A stretch of DNA of 5,099 nt from a virus, in the IMG/VR virus record IMGVR_UViG_3300045988_008077. One strand, given 5' to 3'. The notes beneath the pieces were generated by a model. It did not search any database. It saw nothing but the letters and a program-made list of their open reading frames with translations, and was not told where the DNA came from. How positions within the stretch are numbered: position 1 is the first letter of the stretch; the number at the start of each line of letters is the position of its first letter. Shown piece after piece: positions 4,684 through 5,099 of the stretch. The position numbers were made by a program, and so were the translations under genes.

Positions 4684-5099
4684 TCACCTTCCAAAATAAC
4701 GTTTTCTCAAGAATCCGATGCCTTTACCAATAGCACCAGCAACACCTTTGCCAATAGCAGGACCCATGACTTTAGCATCAGCTCCAAGGTCACCAAGGGA
4801 CTTATAAAAGTCACGTTCATAGCCTGCAAGCTCCGTTTGAACATTATCAAAAGCGGCCGCAGAATTGGCACGCAAAGCAGAAGCAGTTGCATTCAAAGAA
4901 TTAGCATCATACATCTGACCGAGCTTATGAAGATTATCAATTTCAGCTTTCATGCGGTCAAATTCAAATTGTACACGCTGATCAAAAGTTTTAGTCTTAA
5001 AATCAACATCATTCTGCAAAAGCTTGTTCTGAAGGCCTGCATTAGTAGTATTAGCAGTAGCAAGACCGGCATTAGCAGAAGAAGCTTTAGCATCAGCAA
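4684..5099 (-). CDS. VP2: VP2 C-terminal part, continuous with 1..398 across the circular junction (5045-5099 duplicates 1-55)
   Basis: Open frame ...LQNDVDFKTKTF...GPAIGKGVAGAIGKGIGFLRKRYFGR* with stop TGA at 4684-4686. The 'M' given in the ORF track at 5019 is actually an internal TTG codon. The frame stays open up to the window edge. Confidence 0.8.
   Translation of the reverse strand, partial: ADAKASSANAGLATANTTNAGLQNKLLQNDVDFKTKTFDQRVQFEFDRMKAEIDNLHKLGQMYDANSLNATASALRANSAAAFDNVQTELAGYERDFYKSLGDLGADAKVMGPAIGKGVAGAIGKGIGFLRKRYFGR

Overview
The window is one complete circular ssDNA microvirus genome (Microviridae, Gokushovirinae-like) of about 5,044 nt. It is written as the complement of the viral/mRNA strand and opened inside the VP2 gene. 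Bases 1-55 are identical to 5045-5099, which is the circular-contig overlap. Every convincing gene is on the minus strand. In order along the coding strand they are: VP1 major capsid (411-2150); VP2 pilot/minor capsid, which wraps the window ends (398..1 joined to 5044..4684); a small, separately translated N-terminal-TM protein (4439-4678); Rep/VP4 rolling-circle initiator (3376-4287) behind a textbook sigma70 promoter; an AT-rich 90-codon open frame directly in frame after the Rep stop (3103-3375); a 92-aa small protein (2847-3125); a rho-independent terminator (2793-2823); and a 154-aa acidic VP3-like scaffold candidate (2279-2743) with a TTG start. A perfect 16-bp hairpin (2229-2269), whose loop on the viral strand reads CTACTTGAT, sits in the VP3-like/VP1 intergenic region. 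Plus-strand ORFs are antisense artefacts. The main open questions are the lysis candidate, the origin and the 90-codon frame. No homology search or structure prediction was possible, so all functional calls rest on recognisable motifs and gene order only.
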